From positions 32,674,001 to 32,738,000 of the forward strand of contig CM120642.1 of the NCBI GenBank assembly GCA_051362555.1: a stretch of 64,000 nucleotides of DNA, in the 5' to 3' direction. The notes under the pieces were generated by a model that had not been told where the DNA came from, did no database searches, and was given only the letters and a program-made list of their open reading frames with translations. The position numbers and the translations under genes are program-made. Source of the DNA: Lingula anatina. Lineage: Eukaryota > Animalia > Brachiopoda. Each line of letters begins with the position of its first letter. Position 1 is the first letter of the stretch. Below are positions 28,301 to 41,000 of this stretch, piece by piece.

Positions 28301-29886
28301 AAACTAAGTAAGTATATGTGCTTAGTAAATTTGGAAGGACAGGTCCTTACCTACACACATATGTTGTCTTTTTACTACGACAATTTTATTTATTTGCAGT
28401 ATATTTCCTCAGATTTAGGCATTACAGCGTCTCAGTTCTGTTTTATAATAGCAACGGATATACGGACCAAATACGCCATCTGAGTAATACGCCCCCTCAA
28501 AGAAAAAGATAAAATAGGAAAGAAACCGCACTTGGGCCATTTTACCTGCCGGTTTAATAATAAAATGACGAGATATGACCTTGTCATAAAACTCGCGTTA
28601 ATTTGAAAACGTTATTCATTTGATTATTGACTTGCAATGGGGGCATAAATTCATAAATTAGATTAAGTTTTGGCACATACCCATATTTTTAAAATTGCAA
28701 TTCTCCCAAAAATGCTTTAATTCTTGAAAGTAGAATAATGCAAAAGAGAATACTAGGGAAAAACACAAGGACAAAGGCAGGTGATAGGGGATAGTGGAAA
28801 GCGTCCAAATAAAAATTAAATAACTTAATAAAACTCCCAGTGTAGCTGCTAAAACTGCACTAGGGTAAATGCCGGTAAATATCACCGCAGCTAAAAAGCT
28901 GAATGACTTCTAACTGATGTAGCTCGATAGAAATACTTGCCAAAAATATTGATCATAGCAAACAAATGTGTGTGCCCAGAAACACAGTGGCTGAGACATT
29001 TCAATACCCCAGATATCTGTTATCACCGTGCCTTGGTCAACTACCTAAAGATCGAAATGTGCAGCAACAAGTGCCAAACTAAGACTATTTCCTTATTCAA
29101 CGACAATTCCCCACGGATAAATCCCCCTCGGGACAATTCCCCCACCCTGAAAAATATAGCTATGAACAAATATGAAGTAAAGAGTGTGTGGTTCAAATCA
29201 TTTTATCAATTTTATTAATATTGTAGTGTGATAATAGAACTTCATCATTTAACATATTTTTATAACAAATTCTTTTTTATTGAGTACAAGTACAAAAAGT
29301 ATTATTAAATATCTAATCAAAGTTTTTTTTCACCTATTCTCCAGGTAAAGGCGGGAAAAACAGATGAACAGAGAAGCAAATATTACATTTCCCCAACACT
29401 ATTAAGACCTTTTCCCATTTTCATGCATGTTAAAAAACGACTGTAATTAAGTAGAAGACCACGTAAGCAGAGACACGCCGATGTACTTGCTAAGACCAAA
29501 AAATTAAAAGATTCATCAATCCCACGTGAGACACAGGTAAAAATCAGCTCACCTAAGTCTGCATCCAGATGCTCCCAGTCTTCATCCGCTACAGGTACTG
29601 TTCCAGGGTCATCGTATTTTGTTCTATCATTAATCTCGCACGTTTTACTACTGCTATGGTAGTTGACAGATGTACAGGTCGCTGTGCCGAGATGAAGACA
29701 GAGGACGGTGCAATGCGCTTTGTCGCGCACGCTGTACGTCGTTGGTTGTGCGCCGCTGAAAACTCCATTTAAAAGTCTTGAGCCGTAGGAACTTTTAAAA
29801 TATCCCCAGCTGTACGAATGTCCTCCACACAACTGAAAGGACAGCAAACAAAGCAGTACTGTGGATGTTTTTATCCGCTGTCCCAT
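18107..29886 (-). CDS. Gene B: complete 17-exon paralog, about 1,140 aa secreted multidomain lectin-like protein
   Basis: Exons (minus): 29886-29553, 26650-26339, 26127-25831, 25621-25493, 24771-24604, 24155-23956, 23624-23523, 23168-23027, 22823-22566, 22195-22008, 21843-21675, 21453-21376, 20797-20630, 20127-19912, 19677-19387, 19027-18812, 18261-18107 (TAA). Sum 3423 nt; phases are compatible and length differences from gene C are multiples of 3. Confidence 0.88.
25225..25309. repeat. (TA)n microsatellite followed by a poly-T run
   Basis: Direct reading; the paralogous gene A site (about 7045-7065) has only a few TA units. Confidence 0.95.
26691..26872. mobile_element. Short TIR element in gene B intron 1
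   Basis: CAGGGACGTA...TACGCCCCTG termini; segment absent from the aligned gene A intron (about 8401-8420). Confidence 0.55.
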
Positions 29887-32058
29887 TTCGTAGCCTCTAA
29901 ACATATATCGGTAAGGAAATCAGAATGAACTATACCCCTGTATGTATCCCTTGTTGCTGCCATTCAGCAGCCACGTTCTGGAAGCCACAATATTGAATGA
30001 AGTAGCATTTGGGTGTCTGGCAGAAATTACGCCTCTAGGTTTATAGCAACCAAGCTATAAATAAAAGCCTGGAGCTTTTATAAAAAAAATGCACAATGCA
30101 TCAAATTCGTCAAAGGTGGGAGGTGTCCTCATCGAAATAACCTAGGTGATACATATGAATATTTAATTTTAATCAAGCTGTATGAGAACATTGGTTATTA
30201 ATGCAGGCGGCTGTTATGTATCACAACATAAGTCGTTACTAATAATTGTCTTTTTCAACGGCATACTTTGTACATTTTTTACATAATCGCGCTTTTGTAA
30301 GCGATGAGCATTAATTCCAGTCATGGGTTATCTTCCAAACTTTAGTTGAATGGGAAAATTTTCAGCTGGTTACAAAATTAAATTTCTTGGTTTTTGCTGT
30401 CATTTTAATTCTGAATGTCCCATTGAGATTTTAATTAACCAAATTGTTTCAAAAGATTACACATCAAAATTATGAAGAATGCAATTTGGGTGCGTTAAAT
30501 GTAACTTTATATCAAGACCTCAATATGCAAAAAACCACCTTTAGTGATAGCCATGTTGGTTTTCAGGACATTCGTCTGAAAAGAAGGGTGATAACTTAAA
30601 AAGTCGTGGTAGGTAGAATATACAGATTTCACATGACAACAATACACTCAAACACTCCCCATTTTCCAAGTCATATGCCGCTAAATAAAATTTCAAAAAA
30701 TTGAATATTACGGAAGTTATTATTCAAAACTCAGTTCAGTGGCAAAGAAGCAATTCTGCGTAGTTTAGAGTGTGTGGTATCTAAATCATGGTGGGTGAAA
30801 ATCCCTAAGATGATCGATTTTCGGCCAATGGACGAGTACATGGCGCGGTGTGATGTGGAAACTTAACGGGAAGGATTGACCGGCAGATGGCGCTGGATGC
30901 TTGAGGTTCTACATGAACCGAACACAATGCACTGTTTAGCACGATGTTTTCTTTTGTTGTCATAGAACTACTGAAAATCTACATTAAAGAACTGCAGAGG
31001 ACATTCTTGTTCAGAACGTTTTTCACATTGTATTATGATATTTTATATTGAAATCAAAGGGGTCACTGAGGCAGTACCGATGGTGCTGCATACGCGAAAT
31101 CGACAAACATTATCCCGATCAATAAGGCAGTGCTCACGCATACATTTACTCTTCTTCTCAGGGACATTATGAACAAAACAGCCACGGATTAGATTCAGTA
31201 GTAGCTTTTAATGCAAAGGGAGGCGGGAGTATGGAGGCTGACAGCGTTTGAGAAACTACCAGGCACGCCAAAGTAATCTTCCAGTGACGATCAATTTGAT
31301 TAAGGAAATATACCGATGATACATTTAGACACTAATAAAGTGAAATCCTGAACCACATGGTGTTCATATAAGACCAAGAACGGGACATTTGGTTGGATTA
31401 CTCCAGTATCATTCCTTTTTATGTCAGTCTTTCTTTTAAAAAATCTGATAGTCATTACAATATCCCCAGCGGCATCAAAAAGTTATATTTTAGTAACTAT
31501 CGATTGTTCTTTTTAATTGGGGGTTGGGGGAGGGGGGAGGGAGTTGAGGAGCATCGTGGTTTGCGTTCATATTTCGATATTTTGCTACTATCCTACTGTG
31601 GTTGAATATCCATGCACAAACTTCAAAACAACTTCCAACCCTTTGGCCATTTCATAATTCCAATTTTTCGCCACATTACCCGTAAACAGATCATTGATTT
31701 TTGGCGAAATGTAAGCTTTTCAATCAAAATAATCATAACAGATTATGATCTAAACACTGTTCTTGCGATACATGTATAATAATTGGCTAGGGGAATTGAC
31801 CAAATAATTGCCCAACTTGTTATTGGAAATGAACCTTCGTTTTTCGATTTCCGATCTTTTTGTTCCACAAGGCAAATAACATGATTCTATTTTTATATTT
31901 CGGCACCGCTACTCAATCTATGCTCTTTGTATGACCCAGCTATTCCAATAGTTTGAAGATGCCTCTTCGTGTGGCTTGAACAAAGCGGTGGAATGAGTAA
32001 AATAATATTTCAGTATAATTTTATAAATTAATTTTATTAGAATTTTACAAACTGCGCA

Positions 32059-35000
32059 ATGGGACAGCAGATAAAAACATCCATATTTATTATTTTTGCG
32101 TTATCAATTCAGTTATGTAGAGGACATTCATACAGTTGGGGATATTTCAAAAGTTCCTACGGCTCAAGACTTTCAAATGGAGTTTTCAGCGGCGCACAAC
32201 CAACGACGTACAGCGTGCGCGACAAAGCGCATTGCACCGTCCTCTGTCTTCATCTCGGCACAGCGACCTGTACATCTGTCAACTACCATAGCAGTAGTAA
32301 AACGTGTGAGATTAATGATAGAACAAAATACGATGACGCTGGAACAGTACCTGTAGCGGATGAAGACTGGGAGCACCTGGATGCAGACTTAGGTGAGCTG
32401 ATTTTTTTTCTGTCTCACGTGAGATTGATGATAACTTTGTTCTTACATCAGTGTGCACTTTATAAAGTCTTCCATGTCCTTTATCATATTTGAACACGAG
32501 GAAAAGCTTTGATAGCAGTGAAAAAAATAGGAAAATTACTACAGCAAATGGACAAAGACCAGTGACTTATCAACCCATTACAGAGTCACCGCAGCGTCCA
32601 ATATAAATGACAGGTTATCATTTATTTCATTAAAGTCCATTTGTGGAATATATGACAAATGTGAAAAACAACGGCAGTATACTGTTACTATATTTCTCAA
32701 ATAGCACCTGACAAATAGTCCTTAATAATTATAAATAAATGCACTATTATCTGTATGTATGGATTTAACAACGTAGTTTATTGAAGGTTCCTCCGCTTTT
32801 GGCAGTCTTCTCCCTTATGTGTCAATTAATATGAATGTAGACCTTTTGATTTTTTGATTTTTTTTTACAACAGAGGCATGTACATAGTTTATTTATAAAG
32901 TACGTTTTGGGGTATCCTGGTACCTGCAACAGGAGATCTACAATAGTGTGTCTTCCGATTTAAAAAAGAAAGGCTACATGTGCTTCAGTATCATTCCAAG
33001 TTACATGTACCTATAGTAAAAGACATGTGCAATGGTAGGTCAATAGTATAATTCACTGCAAATCTTAAATGAAATATGGGGTATCCAAATGCTGAGAATT
33101 TGACAATGCTGTAACGTTTCACGTGATATCGATTAAAAACATTCTAAGAACAATTGAAAAATTAAATACCTCAAAATATGAACTCTTTTATGGGCTGTTT
33201 GTGTTACGGATCAAGAATTCGTCTTTCAAACAGTGTTCAGCTATCTTTCTTTTAAGATAACCATTCAAATATCAAAGATCAATAGTAACATCATCATACG
33301 ATTATTTGACAACGCGCTCTGAAAGACTGAAAATCGATAAATGAAAAGCCCGGAAAACCTTTTGCACCTTTCATTTCTGTCTGATTCAGTTGCATTCAGA
33401 AGACCTTTTTATTGCAGTTCAAATGTAAAACTGATAACAGTGCATTATTTATGTTCCGCAGGTGTTTTTTTACGTCAAAGATCCAATGAAATATGATCGA
33501 TTGTATCACTTCAATACACACGAATGCCCCGACACTTAGAACTGCTGAACGGTGACAAAGAATTCGAAATGTTATGTTATATCTACGGCATGACCAATAT
33601 TCTGTATTCCTATTCGTTATTTTTAAAATCTTGGTTCTGACTTGTACCCAGAGCGGGCCGTGCAAGCAAAAAGGCCTATTCCCACCCATCCCCTTCCTGG
33701 CTACAGGTCTTGCCTACCATAGTAAACTCAACAGTGAGGCCATTTCGCAGAACGGTGTCCAGAAATTAAAATCAAAACCACTCGCTAAACAGAATGAGAA
33801 TATATCCATTTTAATATTACAATTCATAAAACTGTATGATCTTGATATAAAATCCCAGCAAACAAAAAACGTTTTATAACATTACGATGACGTTACCTTT
33901 ATGTTTTTCTCTTTGCACCTTTTTATGTACAGACACAGATGTGTCTGTACATAAAGCCGTCACCTGCGTCTGTCGTCGCCGTCGTCGACGTGCACTTTCA
34001 CCATCGATAACACGATAAGTGGAAGACAGTTTTACTTTTTGGCTTGAAACTTACAGAACTGATGAATATTCATAATACGCAGGTCAAGTTCGAAAATCAA
34101 ATCAGCATGATAGGGCCATTTAAAAAAGTTATGCTGTTTTTTCGCTTTTTTCAGCATACTGATAACACATTTAAGGTAAAATCGATCAGCCCTATTGTCT
34201 TGCAACTCACAGGAGTGATCATTCTGACTAACATACAGATCAAGTTCGAAAATAAGCTTGATCGATTAAGTGTTGATGAAGTTATGCCTTTTTTGTTTAT
34301 AAGTGTTTTTTTTCTTCAGAGTCAATTCTTAGGCATATTAACAGTCTCATTATTGAACTAATTGGAAATGTAAAAGTGTTCTTTTGACATTTTCTGCATC
34401 TTAGCAATATTGTTAGCTGATTTTATAAAAATGATGCAAAAACTGTTATCGTGTATTGTGTAAAAAGTATCAAAAATGGAAATAAATTCATATCATTACA
34501 GTTTGACATATTCAATCATTCACTATGTTCAGAACCTCAGAATGGAGCTAATTGGACATTTAAAATTGTTCTTTTGATATTTTTCCATGTCAACATTTTT
34601 CTTATTTGATCATTTAAAAATGTCAGTAAATTTATTACAGGGTATTTTGTTTAATGTAAAAAAGGGTGTTGAAAATGGAAATAAACTCTTTTCAAAACAA
34701 TTATCTTTGTTATCTCATATTGGCATTTTAAGGTGTGAATTAGAAATTTCATGGGCCTGAAAACCTTTGCCAGTCACATTTGTGTGGTCAGTCTGTAATT
34801 TTCCCGTCGGTAATCAATAGTTAAGTTCAGAGCTATTCAGTCACGTGCCTAATTGAGTTTAGGTGGCCATTAAATGAGATTACGTAAAACACACGTTGAG
34901 ATTTCCCTGTAAACTCCCATTGGTTAAGCTCTCTGCCAGATACAGTTTGTAAGAGTCTAAACTAACAGTGTCACATAATAAGGAATCAGTGATAATCATG

Positions 35001-38000
35001 CCGGTAAATGTTGTTTAATATTGCAAATAAATTTACAAACTTATTTTGTGATTGGCCAACATTGCTATAGATGTAATGCTATAGATTAATAACTGCATTT
35101 TCTGTATTTTGCTAATCTGCACATTCCTTTTTCAATCAAATTTTGTAATACATGTTTATGTTTTTCAACTCAAAACAATCTTACGCATTTCATTTTAACT
35201 CTATGATGTTATGATGGCTGTTAAATTATATATATATATATAAACACACCTTTCAGCATAAAGTTTCAGAAACTGATGACAGATCATATTAAAAGGGATA
35301 ACAGCTCTTTATTTTGGTAGGAAAAGTGCCATTTATCAAAATAATACATTCTAATCTAAAAGCACCATTATTCATTTCAAACACCATGCTTTGGTGAATA
35401 CTTTTGAATTGTTTTTGGGATGGTAATGGCTTACAATACATCAGTAGTGTGAAACATGTAGCTCTAAAAGCATCATTTATTTCAAACGTCCTGCTTTAGT
35501 GAATACTTCTGAATTATTTATGGGATGGTAGTGGCTTACAATACATCAGTAAAGTGAAACACGTAGCTCTAAAAGCATCATTTATTTCAAACGTCATGCT
35601 TTATTGAATACTTCTGAATTATTTATTATGGTTTTACATTTAGATCAGGGCTTACATTTAGATCAGTAGATTAGACCAATGCAGCGTATCACATGTTTAT
35701 TTTGCAGTGTTATCTGTCACTCTACTTTTTATTAGTTTTAGAAATATTGAAGTCACCAGGCCCATTAATAAAAAGTTCATGGTTTCTTTCGCAATTCATA
35801 TCCTGTAAAAATGAAACGTTAAAAGATCTTGTTACTTTCAGTTAACATGATTATTGCACAGTATCATTTTCAAATTTATTAAAAGTATTTCCTAAATTAT
35901 TTTATATTTGTACTATATTATTATTTGTTTATGGACTTTAATTGTGGTAGGTACATATATTTATTTGAGTGAACACTGTTGTGGTTGTGCATGATATATA
36001 ATTTGTTATTTTGAAAGTAAGAGTTTTAAACTTGCACGTAAAGAAATAAAACCAAAAAATTTTACAATTTTTTTGTCTTAAGTACCTTAAATTCTTTAAA
36101 TCTTTCTTATTCAGGGTTAATTCTTTTCATTTATTATATAAAATGTTTGAGAAAAGGTTTTAACGTTTATTGGCATGACTGATTACTGTCTTTAAAGAAT
36201 TATTTTAATAACAATTGTAATAATTATTTAAAAATTTAAATTCTGATAAATATATTAATAATGGTGTGTTCTTTTTATGTACAGACACAGATGTATCAGC
36301 ACATATAGCCGTCATCTGCATCTGTCGTCGCCGCCGTCGCTGTCGCCGTGCATTTTTACCGATAACACGATAAGTGGAAAACCATTTTACCTTTTGGCTT
36401 GAAACTTACAGAAATGAAGAATATTCATAAAATATAGGTTGAGTTCGAAAATCAGCATGATCGGGCCATTTTTCCGAAGTTATGCTGTTTTTACTCTTTT
36501 TTGGGCGTATATGCAACACTGATAACACATGTCAAGGAAAACCGATTGGCCTGTTGTCTTGAAATTCACAGTAGTGAACAATTTTAATAAAATACAGGTC
36601 AACTTCGAAAATCAGCTTGATTAGTTCAGTTTTGATGAAGTTATGCCTTTTTTTTGTATATGAGTGGCTTTTTTTTTTTCAGATTTAATTCTAAGACATG
36701 TTAACAGTCTCATTATTGACTAATTAGATACGTCAAAGTATTCTTTTGACATTTTTGCATCTCAACAACATTGTTGATAAAATATTGACATTTTCAAGGT
36801 GTGACTTTCAACTCCTGTGAAGACCTTTGCATGCCACATTTTCTGAATATCCGTAATGCTTTTATTATGTTATTATAAATTGATGGTCATTATACCGTTT
36901 TAACAGTAAAACAGTTTTAACTTAAAAGCATTATTTAATATTGCATCAAAACTTAAGAAATCCGTGCTTTGGCCCTACCTCCATAGTGACGATTTAAGGA
37001 AAACCATGTCACTTGCTCTTCTCAAACCTACTGAAAAGATTTATGGGACTGAAGTGTAGCTTGGGTTGAAAACTAGTGTGGTTGCTTTCAGTTCTTTGTG
37101 AATTTTTTATTTATCATATATTGGCATTTATTTATGGGACTCCAACAGGCATAAAACCAAATGGTACTTACATTTTCTGGACGTCAGTGTTATGTATAGT
37201 AGGTAATTGAAAATTGGTGCTGATTATGCCGTTAATCATATTGCATCAAAATTGTAAAAAAAAAAAAAAAAACTACCGTGTTCACTGCCACCACAAATAT
37301 TATGAATGGAAAACTGACCGTGTTACATATTATTTTGTAATTTAAAAGAATGGTTCATAGGATTAACATACAGATCAAATTGGAAAACCAGCTTGACTGG
37401 GTTGTTATTTTTTCTTGGAAGTATGAAATTTTCAATTTCCGGAATATTCAAAGTACGAACTTGAACTTCATTGGACCTGAAGCCATTTGTTAGTTACACA
37501 TTTTGCATAATTAGAATTTAATGTTGGCTTTGCTGATAATCATAATGAATTTTTGCATCAGAATTGACAGTTAGCTATTTTGTGCATTATTTTTTTTCGA
37601 TTTTTTGTCAGTACATTTGACAGCTTTGTTGCCTTTTTTCGGTTATATAAACGTTATGATAAAATAGTAATACCGTTCTGTGTTTGCTTGGATGAAGAAT
37701 CAATACCTAGATGGACTTATGTTATTTAAGGCGTTTTTCTTTTAATTCAATGTCAGGTTCCTCAATAAACGTAACATATCTGTCTGACAAGAAAAGGTAA
37801 AAACGTATAACCATTGTTGTAACTGAGTACATTGTAGATTGAATTTTGATTGAATTTAAAGATTACTTGACAAAATAAAAAGGATATTGGGTTCTGCTGA
37901 ATAGGAGAGCTATAGCCAAACAATATCTTGATCATTCTGTGGTAAATAGTGATTTTTTTTATTATTTATTTATTTATTTATTTATTTTTGTTCTAGGACC

Positions 38001-41000
38001 TCCACAATATCCGAGTTTTGTCTACGTGAACGAAAGCCAATCTACGTCTCTAGAAATCACGTGGATGTCCGGCTTCAATGGCGGGTTCGCTCAAACCTTC
38101 ACTTTAGAGGTAACGCCCCAGAGTGCTGCTGACGTCACCAATACCACCGTGCTGAGCTTGGAGGACCCTGGATACCTTCAGACCACGACTAACCTCATCA
38201 CTGGGTTACAAGAAGGGGCAAGCTATACCTTACGACTGACCGCCGTGAATGACAGACCTGTAGGTGTCAGGAGCAGGAACATATCGAGGACAGCCACCAC
38301 TCATAGCAGAGGTAGAAACAAATTTTACTTCTTGTGTGAATTTTTTTATAAAAATTCTATTATTTCATGTCTTTATGGTACTCTTTTCGTAAATTAGGAA
38401 AAAATGAAGGGAAGCTAAACTGTTCATGCCATAACAATACATTTTCCTCGCTACAGTTTCTTCCAAATGTTCAGTAATCGAGAATTTTACAGGAGCCTAT
38501 ACTTGCGACATACTGAAGGAAGAGGGCTTAAGTAGTGGGAGCCATGATATCGATGTAGACGGTCCTGGTGGAATGGACCCCTTTCAGGTGGAATGTGAGA
38601 TGACCTTTGACCCCCCATTGACCATTGTCCACCATGATATAGAAGGTCGAAGCAGTCAACTTGGGCCTGGTCAGGGAGGCTATACTTACAGAGATCTGGC
38701 GTATTCTACTGCTTCTATGGACCAAATGACTGCCTTATTGAATATGTCCGGCCACTGTCACCAATACAGACAAATAGAGTGTCACGGATTAGGGAGTACG
38801 ATAGAGCCCATTTGTCACATTAATTTATTGTGGTGTATTTTCATCATGTCCGTTTTTCGAACAACAATGTTGTAAAATTTGCAATAACCATGCAAATATT
38901 ATTTAATATTTAAACAGTGAGTATATATGAATTAAAATCAACGTGTCATTTCGTTATACTAGCATCAATTATGATAGCAATAACGATAAATTACTGTTGT
39001 AGACCCTGGTTCAAACACTGATCATAGTGATCGTACTGGAGTATACAGGTATTGGGGTGCTTACTTCCCTGGAGGATCCCCTGTCTCCAGGTGTCTGTGT
39101 GGGAAATATTCCGCCTGTGAAAACGGAAGAAGTAAGTGTACATAAAGAAGGACAACTTTTTAAACTATATGTCCTGTTGTTTTTTCGTATATATCACTTT
39201 ATCGTATCTGGCATATACGAAGGGACTTTGTTATCAATATATTAAAAATAGGTGGGCTAGTCATTGTTATAAGGTGTCCTTTTTAGTTGTAGAAGTAATT
39301 GGAAGCGTATTTTTGACCATTACTCAATAATCCTAATTGGGTGTTACAGCAATAGGTTCGAAGGGAAACTACATGAACGCTGCAGAAAAAAAAATTGGAC
39401 ATGTTCCCGTGGCATATTTTTGATGATCTCTTTTAAACCGATGTTTGGCTGTTTTGTTAATTAATGCCCATTGACAATTGGTGTAATTCGTTATAAGTGA
39501 TAAAATCTAATTATAGAGTTATTGAAAATAGTCTCTGCATCATATAGTTTTAGTATAAACTCTTATTTCCCGATAGCTTTTTGCTGATACCAGCCCAAAT
39601 AGTAGAGTAACCAAAGTAGCAGTGTCGACCCGAGAAACGCTGATTTGCAAGACGCCATCAGCAAAACGGTTTTAAAAAAATAAACTAAGATCATTGTTTT
39701 TACATCAGGCGATTGCAGCTGTGCACAGAACGATGCCGTATGGAGGAATGATTCTGGGTACCTTCAGGAAAAGAATATTCTTCCCATTGTGCAGACCAGA
39801 ATTAACGATATTGATGGCGGTGATGAAATGGGTTTTGAAACACTTGGGCCATTGGTCTGTACCTCCTGGGTGGAAGGTGAGATTTAAATGCTAATGTATC
39901 ACATAGAAATTCACATAAATATTTAAATCTGATTGCAGTTTGTACATAGCTGTTAAGAGAATAGGTTGCAGTTCATGGCGCAAGTAATGCAGTTTATTCT
40001 GTATACCATACTGATGATAAAAGATGAAAGAGATCTAAAGTGGTGGATTGTATTATGAATGACGTTCATTCATAAACCCCATCTCAATTGATAAGAGAAT
40101 GCTATGCCCTTTTTTTTAGAAGTAAAGTAACTAGTGAATGGAACTATAATGAAGATTGACCACAGACAGTTTTAAATTAAACTTTGCTTATCTTTATTTT
40201 ATTTTTCTTGCAAAATGACAAGCAGCATAGTTTGCATGTAGTTTGTATTACTAATTTTTTTTCTGTGCCAGGACGCGAGCGACCTCTAGGGATGCAAAGT
40301 AACGTCATACCCACTTCCTCTCTCTCTGCATCTTCAACACACGGCAGTTGCGCTCTTAATGGCGGCAGGATGGGAAGCAGCCCCTCTTGGTGTGCCGGCG
40401 GCAACAGCGCCACCCAGTGGTACCAAATTGATTTTGGAAGGAATATGACCATTACCAAAGTGGCAACAGTGGTGTGTTGTGTTCACAGAATACCCCTACA
40501 GGAATCTGTTTGTAATAGATAGTCTATTGTTCTCACGATAACTCATTTGTAATATTCTGCCTCTTGATGCTTCTTTTTGGCAATAAAATTATAAGCATAT
40601 ATTGATTACCTGTAGAGATTTTAATCTTTAAAAACTTAAAAATCTTTTAAAATCTCTAAAAACTTAAAAGTTTTATTTTTCACACACTTCATGTGAAAAG
40701 GAGGGACGGTTTATACACGTAACGAAGCGAAAGTCAGAAGGGGTATGATACGGTTATTATTCATCACACATGAACTTTGTGCTTAACTTTTACATATACC
40801 TTGGTTTCTTGGCTTCTGTCAAGAGAGAACATATCATCTTTACCTTAACACGTCTTTCAGATTCTTCTTTCACACGATAAATATCATTTCAGGGACGTTC
40901 ATCCCACACGCAATATGTGAAAAAGTACACGCTGCTCTTCTCCGACGACGGGTCCAATTTTGAATGCTATTCCAAAGCCGATGGAACGTGTAAAGTAAGA

